A stretch of 64,000 nt of DNA, from NCBI GenBank assembly GCA_050273025.1, contig CP158635.1, positions 17,732,001-17,796,000 on the forward strand. Reading direction: 5' to 3'. Under the pieces are notes generated by a model. It was not told where the DNA came from, made no database searches, and saw only the letters and a list, made by a program, of their open reading frames with translations. Shown piece after piece: positions 37,152 through 50,288 of this stretch. The translations under genes and the position numbers were made by a program. Positions within the stretch are counted from its first letter, which is position 1. The number at the start of each line of letters is the position of its first letter. This DNA comes from Cenococcum geophilum (lineage: Eukaryota).

Positions 37152-40100
37152 TATAACGGAATCCCCCGAGAGGTACATATCCAATAAGACGGTAGGAGGT
37201 TTTATCTATATCCCATCTATGTTCTAGAAGACACAGTTAGACAGGTTAGGGGCGAAAGGTTTTACTAGTGTCTTGGAAGAAATATATAGGAAGCTAGTTC
37301 CCCTCTAGAGAAGAACTAGCGATTAGTCTCTAAATAGAAGTGGTTAAAAGCATTTGTCCTTTAATATATAAAACTTATTCTACCTTTAACTTACTTTTAA
37401 CTTATCTTTAACTTACCTTCTACTTACCGGTAATACTATTAATTAGATAATTATACGTTCCGGTTAGGCTAGTCTCTTATAATTCTAATCGCTTATAATC
37501 TATTAGGAACGTACGGCTATTAATTAATGATAATAGACTATACTCCTATACCCTATAAAGCAACGCCCTTACTATAAGAGGCTTAAAGAGTCTCCCTAGA
37601 GGAGCGCATTCCCTCTTTCTATAAAGAAGCCACGGCTAGTCCGTCTAACCTTGCGAGACCCTTAAGAACGATTACCGCTAGGGAGTTATTAGAGCGGTCG
37701 CTATACAAGACCCTATAAAAAACAAAGGAGTTAGAGATATAATTAAGATAAGTATATTAAGACTACTAAGAATAATTGCAAGGACAATTAGGAGAAGTAT
37801 AGATACCCCAGACACGAAGCGGACTTAAAGGGGTAACGCCACACTATACTATAACGTTAGAAAAACCTAAATTCCGCATAAAGGAACCTAATAAGTACTA
37901 TAGTGATAGTCTTCGGAACTATAATTATTTTATCCAATAATATAAAACTAAGTTTTAGCTAAATCCAAAACGTTACTCTAATGAGTATAATTAGACACTA
38001 ATTGCTTCTACCTTCCTGCGTAACACTATTAAGAGTTTATAGACACGCTATAAGAAGAAACTTACTATACCCCTTAAATTTAGCGAACTTAGGACCTAGT
38101 TAGTCGATTAGGTCTAAAACCCTACTAATTAAGGGATAGACTATAACTAGCGATACTACAACGCCAAACAGCAGAATAGTTAGACTGTGGTCTAGTTTAT
38201 AAACTACTTAGAAGAACTAGAAGATAATATACCCTACTTAGATCTGTGGGATAACGCTATATAACTTTACTAGCTACTCGCTAAGCTATAACCTAAGATT
38301 TAATAGGCTATATAAGAGAAGGGCGAAATTCCTACCTTTTAAGAAAAGCTTATCTCTAAAGCTACTTGGATTAAAAGTACTAAAAAAGACTATCTAGGCA
38401 AGCTAAAGGAATAAGACGCTAATAATAAAGAGCGTAGGACTAGACCTAGCTTTAATAATAGGGGTAGATTCTAACCTAACCGCTCTATAGAAGGATAACG
38501 CGAGCAGGCCTTATAGCCCTAGAGTAACGCTAGTTAACCCTAAAATAATAATAGGCAGAGACCTAATCTATAAAAGGGGAACCGGGAGACACGCACCTAT
38601 TATAACTACGGTAAGAAGGGCTATATAAGCCGCTTCTGCCGGTAGAAGAAGTAAGAGTCGGCTTAATTGGGAAAAGAGACAGCCTAGTGGATCTTTACTC
38701 TCTTACACTAGGCCAGTAAGAGAAGGAGGGAGTAAACTACTGTATAGTTATTCCTATCTCTATTTAAGTTAATAATAAATAGGTAACATAAGACTGCCTT
38801 ATAGACAGCGGCGCGAGTATAGGGTTTATTTCTTAATTACTAGTAAAAGAATTAGATTTGGACCTTAGCGGCTCGCAGGTGCGCACCATTTAAAGCATTA
38901 GAGGCTACTAGATTCTATACTACGGGGAATAGGCTTTTTCCATAGCCAGCTAGGACCGCAATAGTCTATAGGACACGCAGGAGATACGCTTCTGTGCCGT
39001 AGAAATTAAGGGGTATAACCTTATTTTGGGATACCTATAGCTTTACCAAGTTAATCCGGACATTAATTAGCCTTTAGCCTTATATTAATATCGGAAGTCT
39101 TAACCGCGCATTATAGTTAAAGATTAAGAGACTTTCTTAAACTATATATAAGAAGAAGGGTAGGCATATACTATATATGCCACTCTTAATACTAAGAACG
39201 GGGACATAGGATATTTATTTTCGGATATCCGGCTATGCGCAGTTAAGGAACTAGAGATTCTATAGGAATATATGGACTTAGAGGATATTTCTAGTAAAGA
39301 GGCTGTATAAACCTTATCTAACCCTATATTAGTTAAGTATAAAATAAACATAGGGGACAAACAACCTTCTTTTAGACTACTATATAATCTGTTAGAAAAT
39401 AAGCTAGCGGTACTACGTTAATATATAGTGGACAATCTTTAGAGAGGATAGATTTAGCCCTCTATAAGCCCGGCAGGGGCACTAATTATATTTATACCCA
39501 AGAAGGACGGGACCCTTCGCCTTTATATCGACTATTAGGCGCTAAATAAGATTACTATAAAGAATTGCTACCTATTACCCTTAATAGGGGAGCTTATTAA
39601 TAGGCTGTTAGGCGTAAAAATATTTATAAAATTAGATCTAAAAGATATATACTATTGAATCTAGATTAAAGCCAGTAATAAGTAGAAAACGGCGTTCTAA
39701 ATATAGTACGGCTACTTTAAGTACCTAGTAATGCTATTCGGGCTTACTAACGCACTAGCGATATTTCAGGCCTATATTAATAAGGTATTATTAGGCCTAT
39801 TAGATATAATATATATAGTCTACCTTAATAATATTATAGTCTACTCTAATAACTACGAAGTATATATATACTACGTATAAATAGTACTAAAAAGTACACG
39901 TTCTATACTACTAGCATTAATTTTTTAGGCTTTATTATTAGCGTTAACGGAGTGTTAATAGAGAAAAGTTAGGTGGACGCTATTAGGGAATAGCCCTACC
40001 CTATGACATTTAGAGAAGTATAGGTTTTCTTAGGCACGGCGAACTTCTACTAAACGTTTATTATTTACTACTTATAAGTAATACTCCCAATTACCAATCT

Positions 40101-43100
40101 ACTAAAAGGATCTAAGAATGGTAAGAAATTAGGACCCTTTATATTTAGGGAAGCTGCTAAGTAGGCTATAGACTAGTTAAAGGATTTGTTTACGTTGGCG
40201 CCTATCCTAATATACTTCTGCTAGGAGCTACGTATATACTTTAAAACGGATATATTTAGCTTTACCCTAGGGGCAATTATATCTTAATTAAAAGACGGAA
40301 AATAGCATCCTATGGCGTTTTAGTTAAGGAAAATAACCCTTATAAAGCAGCGTTATATAACGCACAACTAGGAGCTACTTGCGATAATTGCAGTAATAAA
40401 GTACTAGTGATATTATTATATAGGAAGCAATTATCCTATTAAAGTCCTTACAGACTATAATAACCTAGAATACTTTATAACTATAAAGGTGTTAAGCGGT
40501 TAATAAGTAAAATAGATAGAGGTACTATTGCAGTATAACTTTAAAATTATATACCGCCTAGGGAAGATAAATCCTGTTAATAGGTTGTTAAGACGTCTAG
40601 ATTATAAGATAGGGAGGATCCAGGACAGTATAGGGGAAATAATCCCTATATTGTAAAATTTGCTTAGGAAGAAAAAAGACTCTTTCCCTAAAACTATAGA
40701 ATTTTGTAGTAGGGCAGAGGTCCTAGCAATATAGCTGCGAAGTAACACAATTATAGAGCCGCAGGATATAGTTATAGACTAGGTTATAGACTAAGCAGAC
40801 GTCACAAAGTTAGCGTACCCTAGAATTAGCGAGAATTCTACGGGATATACTAGAGGTGTCGCGGTACCTTTAGCTTGACGGTATATTAGCTGCGAGTTTT
40901 TAGATCTAAGGGGGATAGGTAAGATACCTATTCGCAACATGGCATACTATATAACGGTAGAAGAATTTACTAGCACTAATAGTTTAAAATATCTCGTGTT
41001 ATGCCTTAAGTCTATAATAGCGGTAGGTAAAATGGAAGTAAGTAATCTGTATAAAACCTTTTTAGATCTTCTTCTTTAAGCTTAATAAAGGGACACCTTC
41101 GCCTTTAGGGAAAGGTAGAAAGATATAGTAGAGACCAACTTAGCCGGAGTTATTAAAAAGCTATAGTAGTAAGACTAAAAGGGTCTATTGCGCTTTAAGG
41201 GTGCTATATATATCCTAAAGGACCAAGCAATTTAAGACGAAATTTTAAAGGTCTTCTATAATAACCCTTTTAGGGGTTACTACGGTGCTAATAGAACCCT
41301 TAAGGCCGTTTAAAGGAAATACTTTTAGGACAGAATGTTTAAAGAGGTTAAGGACTATGTATTAAGGTATAATACGTGCTAAAGGATATAGATATCTAGG
41401 CATCGCCTATATGGCGAGTTATTAGTGCTTTCTATTCCGTAGGGACCTATATTAGAATTAATAATAGATTTTATTATAGGCTTACCCCCTACTAAGATAA
41501 GAACTGGAGAGGTTGCTAACGCTATTTTAGTAATCGTTAACAGGTATATAAAGTTTTTAAGATACTTTACTATTATAATAATGATTACGGCAGTAGAACT
41601 AGCAGACCTGTTTTTAAAATAGTGGCTTTTATTTAGCACGCTAAGGGGAATTATATCTAACAGAGGTACTGTATTTAATAGTATATTCTAGTTTTTATTC
41701 TGTTTCTTGCTAAAAATACGGTAAAGGATAAGTACTACCTTCTACCCGTAAACAGACGGGTAAATAAAGCGTCTAAATGCGTTATTAGAACACTACCTCC
41801 GCTGCTATATTAATTATTAATAGGATAATTAGACATTATAGTTAGCTCTAGCGTAGTACGTATATAACATAAGCATTTATAGTAGTATAAAAATAACCCC
41901 TTATAAAGCATTATTTAGGGTAAAAGTAAATAACCCCTAGAATATTAAGGATATTATTCCCGAAAGAGAGGCACTAGCGGCGTCCGAAAGAATTAAGCAA
42001 ATAAGAATTTGTAGAAAGGAACTTAAAAAGCACTTGCTAGACGCCTAGGTTATATAAAAAAGGTACTATAATAAAAAACATATACTAAAAGAATTTAAGA
42101 TAGGAGACGAAGTCTTATTATTTATAAAAAAATATCCAAATAAAACGCATTAAGAAGAAGCTGGATTACCGGTAGCTTGGACCCTTTAAGATAGTTAAGA
42201 AAACTAAAGGAAACTAAGCCTATAAATTAGAATTACCGAAATCTTATCTAATATATCCTATATTTTATATTTCCTTGCTAGAGCTATATTAGAGAAGAGA
42301 TAGTACGGAACCGCCCTACCTAGCAAAATTAATAGGGAACTGGAATAGAATATAGAAGATATTCTAGACTAAAGATGGCGCTAAAAAAAGCGCGAATTTT
42401 TAGTTTATTGGGAAGGATACTTTTAGGTGTATAACAGTTAGGAACCTAAGGAGTACCTTTAGCTAGGATATAATACCGTAATTAAAACCTTTTTAAGAAC
42501 TAAAGGTAAAGACTTAGAAATAGTTCTAGATATACTATAGGTAAAGTAATAGGGAAGACCCCGTAAATTAAAACTATAAAATTAAGTATAGGCATTAAAA
42601 ACAGAAACGTTTCGCTATTATAATAGGGATCCTAGAATCCTATAAGAGGAAGCCTATAGGGATCTATAGAAGAACTACTAGGGATACTGTTTAAAGAAGA
42701 CGCTGTTTAAGAAGGAGCAGTAGCACTATAAGAAGTGGCCTTGGGGATTTAGAAAGATCCCCTAGGGATAAAAGGAGAGTATCTAGCCTGGCACTAGAGA
42801 TACGCAGTAGAGTTAATAGTATAATGAGGAGCAAAAGGATAGCCTATAAAGAATTAGAAATTTTAAGGAATTATAAGGCACCTATAGGAATACTACCCGT
42901 TTATTATATATGGGGATTATAGTAGTACACTATATTTATATGGATTATTACTAAAGCTTAGAATAAAGGCATCCCTAAAGTATAAAGTTAATTCCTAATA
43001 ATAGGGCATCCTAGAGGCACCTAAGAGGCACTATATAAAGTTATTTTATAAGAAGAAGGAAAGAGCTAGGTAATAACTTAAATACTAGTAGTAGTAATAG

Positions 43101-44818
43101 GAGCCTCCTCTTTTATCTTAACGTTATTATTAACGGTATTATTAGCTCCTCTATTCCCAGAAGCATTAGTACTTCTACTAATATTCTTCTTAGAACGACG
43201 GGTACTAGAAGGACCAGTATAGGCGGGAGATTAGTAAGGAGAACGTTTATCTTAACCTTTATTACTATCTTTAGTATCCCTAGGTTCTAAATCGGCGTCT
43301 AAGCAGGGATTAGAGAGATATTGGCTAAAGGAGTTAGTATAGTTCCTAAGCGAGTTACTAGAGAAACTTACCTGGCTAAAGTAGCCCGCGTAAGAGTATA
43401 AATATTATTATTAATAAGGACAAGCTGTTTGTATATACGCTCCTAGATACTATATATCCGAGAACGTTATATCTCTATAGCAGTGGAAACCCTTATAGAA
43501 TTAAAGAGTTTGTAAGCAAGGAAAGATACCTTCTATCCCTGCCTATTACTATTAGGATATTAGCGGAAATCTTAGATGGCGCGTTGGAGCCTATAAGTCT
43601 TATATGTATAGATAGCGGGGATCTAGTATAATTAGCGAAATTTAAAATAGGATAGAATAGGAAATATTAGGACGCAGGTCTTTCTCCTACTGCGACAATA
43701 GGAGTACTTAGATTTATTTTCGCTAGAGCGAGGCATCTTATAGACGTAGGAAGGATCCTATATAAGAGCATAAACATAGCAATAATAGTATTTTAGGGAA
43801 ACTGCTGTAGGAGTAATAGACGCTGTCTAGGGCGTTACCGGGAGATTAATAATACTGCCGCCGGTCTAGGGACGCGTAAAAGGACTACAAGCTATTATAA
43901 GAGAATATTCTAAGAAGTTAGTATCGTTATAAGAAATAAGGTAGGGATTCTATTACTTATAAACGCGTTAAGAAAAGATAACGAGGTAGTAATAGAAGTA
44001 TGGCTAGAGATACAGAAGCTAAAAGGCAAGATATAATAAAAACAGCCTATTTAAGAACGAGACGAATGGTATTATTAATAGAAGGATAAGGGAGAGACAA
44101 TAACTTATAAATAGAAAGAAATTAAAATAAAAGACGTTATTATTAAGGCCTATTTAGGTAAATGGGAATAGTAGTTAGTTAACGCGTTACATTGGATAAC
44201 CTCTAGATCCATTTATAACAAATTCCTAAAATTAGAGAGGTAAATCCCACCAAATTTTTATTACTATTATTAAAATCCTATTATAAAAACACTATAAGGA
44301 GCTAGGGTAGGAGAAGAGTAGAGGAATAAAAGATAAAGTAAAGTTCCACGCTAGTAAAGAGCTGGCAATAAGTTATATTATAAAGTACCTTTCTACTAAG
44401 GGTTTCCCTAGTGGTTTTAGCCGGAACTCTATAAAAGCTTAGTAGAGGCGAAGTCTTAGAAAACTAAGACCTTAAAAGGGGAGGCAATTGTAATAGAATC
44501 CCCTAAGAGGTATATATCCAATAAGACGGTAAGAGGTTTTATCTATATCCCATTTATGTTCTAGAAGATATAGTTAGACAGGTTAGAGGTAAAAGGTTTT
44601 ACTAGCGCCTTGAAAGAAATATATAGGAAGCTAGTTCCCCTCTAAAGAAGAACTAGCGATTAGTCTCTAAATAGAAGTGGTTAGAAGCATTTGTCCTTTA
44701 ATACGTAAAACTTATTCTACCTTTAACTTACCTTTAACTTACCTTTAACTTACCTTCTACTTACCGGTAACACTATTAATTAAATAATTATACGTTCCGG
44801 TTAGGCTGGCCTCTTACA
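37152..44818 (+). mobile_element. Ty3/Gypsy chromovirus 2, full length, inserted in Copia B RT
   Basis: 330-bp LTRs 37152-37481 and 44489-44818; TSD GTTCT (37147-51, 44819-23); PPT AAAAGGGGAGG; gag knuckle ~38598-38640; LIDSGA ~38798; YL(DD)I ~39820; chromodomain ~42338-42460. Confidence 0.95.
43040..43900 (-). pseudogene. Antisense accessory gene relic with Zn2Cys6-like motif inside Gypsy 2; boundaries approximate
   Basis: Minus strand ~43795-43668: K(C)YYC..AL.(Q)DPS(H)V(C)KMPRSSENKSK(C)SYCRSRRKTCV(P), then a ~45-nt putative intron ending TACTAG, then IPAIY. Confidence 0.5.
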
Positions 44819-45829
44819 GTTCTTAGGAATTGGAATTTTCTATAATTGACCTTAATAGAAGCTTTAGCTCTATTAAGATTCCTATATTAATAAAATCGCC
44901 AGCACCTTTTATCTAAAAGATTTTTAACTAGTATATACGCTAATAAGTACTAACAATCTCTTGCCTAATCTAGAGTAGGCTTTTAAGTAGTAGGTTTATA
45001 TATATTAGATAAAGGTTAGGTTACTACTCTACGTTACCTATATTATATAACCTAACGTTACTTAAACCTTAAGCAAGCTCGCAGAATTCCTTCGCAATCC
45101 GTTGTCCCTATATAAAGTTATAGTTAATTAAGCGATTGTATACCTATATTAAATAAGAACCCTCGCAATTAAATATTTAAGAAATAATATTAGAAGTCAG
45201 ATCGTCGTCCGTGTAAGCGATGCTATATTTAGTAATAACCCTATTAGTTGGAAGAGTACTAAGGGCTTTATATTTTTACTATTTAGGAGAGTAATTAACT
45301 GGCGCTCTACTAAGTAGAAGATAGTTATAATATTAAGCACTAAAGCTAAGCTTAAGACTTTATCAAATATAGCTACCAAATTAATTTAGTGGTAGCGCTT
45401 CTTTAAAGATATATAACTCTACATAAATAAAGAGTATATAATTAGCTGCAACAACTAATAGATAATTTAACTGCTTATTAAGAATAGACCTTAGTTAAAC
45501 ACAAAGCTTTATTACGTAGATATCCACTAATATTAGCTTCGCTAAGAGGTTTAGAAAGGCTTAATTGTAATTAAGTGGGTTTCTACTACTAATATAATAG
45601 CTAACGGTCTTAAAAAGGCCCTACTAAGGTAGAAGTACGAGAGCTTTATCTAATAACTAAATCTGATTAATATTAAGACCCTATTATAGTTAGATTTAAC
45701 TACTATTTAACCTATTTACACGATTTCCTTATTAAGTTCTTGCTTTTAGATAGTTTCTATTTAGTTTAATACTATAAATATTTCCTATTTATTAGCATTT
45801 TGTTAGGGTGCTAAGATCCTGGAGGCCTC

Positions 45830-46050
45830 CTGGAAGGATTTTGATTTTCCTGATTGTCCTGACCGCCCTGACAGGCTCCTAGTAGGATTTTAATTTTCCT
45901 GATTGTCCTGATCGTCCTGATCGTCTTAATCGTCCTAGTCGTCCTGATCGTCCTGATTGTCCTGATCGCCCTGATCGCCTTAATAGGCTCCTAACAGGAA
46001 CCTAGTATTTCCTAATTATACCAATAGGCTCCCGGCAGGCTTCTGACAGG
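45830..46050. repeat. 9-bp tandem repeat (CCTGATCGT)n in the Copia B 3' UTR
   Basis: Direct periodicity, strongest at 45898-45980. Confidence 0.85.
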
Positions 46051-46879
46051 ATAATTAATTACGAATCGTGGTTAAAATAAGTGTCTTATTTTGATAGTTG
46101 TAGGAAAAAACCCCATAATTTGGATCTAATTTGGGTGGTTTTAGAGTCTCTTTCGGTAGCAAATAGATGTTCTTTCGGTAGCTAATACATATTATATTAA
46201 TTACAACTTTGGTGCATATTTAGGCTATAGAGCTTTAATATAGAGCTCTCTACTTATAATCTAGTGTAGAGATTAATTGCGATTTTACTTTAAGGCCTTA
46301 TATACCAAATAGTCTCGGTTACCTAATAACCAAATCGCCGCACAGTGTAGTGGAATTAAAGAAAGTGCCCTATCCCCTAATTTAATACCGTATAATACTC
46401 CTGTAAGAAGAGAATATATATAAATGTTAAGAGACCCCCTTAAGTAGTGGAACGTAGTGAAAGCAATAAGATAGTGAAAAGCAGTAGAAAGTTATAGAAA
46501 ACAGTAAACGGAATATAGAGTTGAAACTTATAGTAAAAATGGCCTTTTGGCGGTAGCTTGTTGATATACTAATATAACTTAAGACCCTTCTTCTAAGAAA
46601 TCTAGTGAATATATTGTATTATACTGGTCCCAGTTAATATAGTTATTAATATAGAATAGGTTAGGGTGACTATAACCAGCTAGAACTATATAAGCACTTC
46701 GTAGTATAGACTATATAGGGTAAAATCTACCATCGGCCAGGGAGCGTGGGTTTTTAGCAGTAGTTAGATGCTAGTGTTTAACCTTAGTTATACTATGGAC
46801 GGGGTAAGGCCTGCCATTGTTTTGGTACTGCATAAGGTTTACTATTACCCCAGTAAATTAAAGAGGGAGGCCGTTACTC

Positions 46880-49800
46880 CCTAAAGTAGAATAATCTAAT
46901 ATGGTAATAACAACCTAGAGCTGTCCCACTATTCTTCCACCTATGGGCCTAGTTTTCCCTCTCCTATCTCTATCGTTGGCCGTGTATTCCTGCACCTATA
47001 TATAGTCGCGTTTCCAATTACTCAACTTTCGCCAATTCGGTACGCAGTGTATGATTTCCTTAGCTACTTGGTTAAGGTTATTTAGATCCGCACTCGTCCG
47101 CTTCTAGCATTTTAAGGAGGGGTATATTTAAATAAAGTATGACCTAATCCAAGAAGGGTCTAGGTCATAACGGTCCATATTAGCTTGCATAGAATTCTAG
47201 CCGACGACCTTCCTTCTATATTTATAAAGAAATACTATAAGCGCGTCCTTAAAATCAGATATTTTAAGACTATTAGCTAATATCCCTACTATCTGCCATT
47301 TTATAAGACCGAGACCGTATTAGGATATATAGGCGTATTAATCCGTTTTTAGACCCTAAGGGGTTAATTGTATATTAATATGACGCGTTAGTCTAGTTAA
47401 TTGCAGTAATATACTACGTTCTGCGGTAGATATAGTCTTAGAATTACAATGTAATAACTAACTCTCCGTTGCTAGTATAGATACGCGCCGGGTGTTATAG
47501 AGGCAGATCTATAACTTAAAATTACTTTATTTATTTGTTCGATTCTAATACGCCTTTACAGCGTACTTGTAGGCAGCTTCTCCGTTTAATATATTATAAC
47601 CATTAGCAGCGCCAAACTGGCGGATATAATCTATAAAATAGGTTATAGTATAAAACTTTAGGAAGTTAAAATGCCCCTCGTCTAAATCCCTTGCCTTAGG
47701 TCAGAAACCTTAAAATATACCTTTTAGTTTATTAATCCAATATAGCGCATGCTCTATATACCGGAGTGTTTCTTTATTATAAGTTTAGTACTATACTATA
47801 GTAATAAAATCTAGTGTCGCCTAAGCAAAGTGTATTATATATAGTGCCTTACTAGTAAGAAGTGGAGCTAGGGTAGGAATTAGTTGCTTTAGGATTAACT
47901 TTTACTTATTACCAGTCTACTATAATATTTAACTAAATGGAGTATTATAAAATACTTTTAAGCTAGGATATTAAGGTATTTCTATAAAACGCTAATTAAT
48001 CTAACTCTCTGCTAAAATTCTTAAATAGTTCTCCTATGACATTTTTGTTTCTTACTAGCGGGGATAACTTTACTTATTATCTTTTATATCCATTTAATAA
48101 GACGCATAATAATGTTTTTTTAGCAGTTAATAGAGAATATCTGCCATTATCGCGTTGTGTATATTAATTAGGCCGTGTTTTTATACAAAGTATAGTACGG
48201 GGTACACCCAATCTGGATCCGTTTGAGGTGTGTTATTTACTTATTAGGCTGCAATCTGCTTTTTAGTTAACTTATACATCCTAAGCAGGTAACATTCTAA
48301 AAGGTTTTCGCGTCTATTGGGTAGTACTTAGCATATTATGCAGTGTTGCTAGCTTTTTATACTGGTGATAAGAACCTATTCCTTATAGTCTGCTATTATT
48401 CTATATATAATGGGGTAATATTAGCGGATTCTTCCATCTATATATTTTATATTAATGCCTTTATACTAAAGACTTTTAAGCGCTATAAGACTTGTTAGAT
48501 AGGGTTTCTACTTACTATATATTAAGCACTTACGTTTTAATATCTCCTTTATAGCTTTATAATAACAAGCACTCTATATATCGTAGTTTATGCTCTTTAT
48601 ATTAGGAATAAATCTAAGAAGTAGGTTAGCAGGTAAGTTCTATTTCCTACGCGTTTTTTAATCGAGATTACTAATAGTAATATATACTGGCCACGAGGAC
48701 TTATTGCCGTAATGCGTTATTAGCTGCGTTTTATTTATAGCAAGTAGCACTAGTATAACGGTCGCGCTATCTAGTAGCCGTGCCTGGGTTTCCTACTACT
48801 AATTAGCGGTATATAGTTTATTATAGACCCTCTAATTGCTAGTATTGTATACTCTTATTAAGGCATACGTAAGGGCATCTCTAAAGGGTCTATAACTAAT
48901 AAGAAACTTAATTACCTTTATAATATCTTAGTATACGCAGTAATATAAAGGCCGGTGGATGCCTTATATACGTATAATAGGTTTATAGTAAGTTTTTGTC
49001 TATTCTTTGTTAACTATACCTAGTAGTAGTCTGTGCAACTTCTCCTCCTAATTATCTACTAATTTAAAACTGAGGCAGGATGTTAGTTAGTTAAGCTAGG
49101 TGTTATTTAATAACCGCTTAATATCGCCTTTTATACTTTATATACTGTATAGCTATACTATAAAGGTATAGTTGAATTTACTGGTAAAGGGGTGGAATGA
49201 AAATAGCGGTCTGCGGCTTAGATTAGTAGGATTACCTAGGATAGCGTTGCTACTTATTACTTATCTACCTAATCCTTATTGCTTGCAATTGGGATACTAG
49301 CTTGTTTATTTATCCGCTCCTTAAAAGTTTTAACACATAGCGACAATAATATAGACAGTAGTCCGTTTTGATTGCTGTCTCTACCGCGTAGTATGTTATT
49401 CCCGTTATCTAAAGTGCACTCCTCTTGGTATCTAGACGCGCTAAAACCCTCAAACTCGCCACCTCTACTAGCTAAATATTGGTGTATCCCTGCATTAGGC
49501 TCCGCTTGTGGGTTAAGGTAGACATACGGAGGCGTATCTGCGTTAGTGTCGTTGCGTGGAATCTGGGCTTTGGCTTCGGGTTGTAGTTTATAGCGGCGTA
49601 AATGGAGCAATAGGCCTTGGTTATTCTTAGAAATAAAGCTGCACTACCTATATCCGCGGTTTATATTGACAAGATGGTGTTTTAGTAAGGAAAATTAGTC
49701 TTAGTAAAGCAGTTTTCTAGCTAGGTGTTTGGGCTATCTTATATACGGATAGTCTATAGCAGGAGCTATATGCGGCTGGTCTTAAATATGATTATATACT

Positions 49801-50030
49801 ACACCCTTCTTTATAGGGTGTAGATGCGATATTTAGGATTTCTAGTGTTAATCTGATGCCGAGCCAGAGTTAAACTTTATTAATTAACTCCCTGTTTAAT
49901 GCTGCTATATCTACCGCTACTACTAGTCAAGCTATATTAGTTGCTACCGTATCTGATGTATAACCGCGACTCTCTTTAAGCCTACCCCCGCGCCAGCCTC
50001 CTCTGCGCAATACTTAGGTGTTATTGCCTA
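46880..50030 (-). pseudogene. Plavaka-type transposase relic; element termini not identified
   Basis: HFNF(P)KF(HAM)T(H)FIDYIRQFGAANGY(D)...EAA(H)KY at ~47675-47563; DIL(HQ)L.K.. ~48140-48110; N-terminal C2H2-like CSFISKNNQGLLLHLRR(H) ~49640-49590. Confidence 0.8.
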
Positions 50031-50120
50031 TAAGATATAGCCTATTAAGCTTGCGAAGCCTAAATATATAATATATCTAAAATACACTAGATATAAGGAA
50101 GAGAAAGAGGTTTTAGTTAT

Positions 50121-50283
50121 TGTCACGGTTATAAAGGGAAGGTAAGCTGTTGCTATTCTAATAATATTTTTGCACTCTATATATATTCTGCTAAGCCCCC
50201 TTATTAATAAGCTGTTTAATATATATATAGTGTTATATAGGGAGCTTTGGCTTTATAACCGGATTAATATTACTGCCGTTATA
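50121..50283. repeat. Probable solo or orphan LTR (163 bp)
   Basis: Termini TGTCACGG...CCGTTATA with an internal TATA-like run; no matching TSD (GTTAT vs GGCAG). Confidence 0.45.
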
Positions 50284-50288
50284 GGCAG

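Larger units (their letters stand above)
26749..46200 (+). mobile_element. Ty1/Copia LTR retrotransposon B with nested insertions; 3' LTR not found, right boundary approximate
   Basis: 5' LTR 26749-26996 (TGTCGA...TCAACA) followed by PBS GTTATAAGCCC; gag and protease to ~28775; integrase 32870-33741 resuming at 35761; KFKARLC ~36659; FY(VDD)I ~37031; RT resumes at 44824; RNase H (M)IA(D)GL.K ~45595. Confidence 0.9.
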
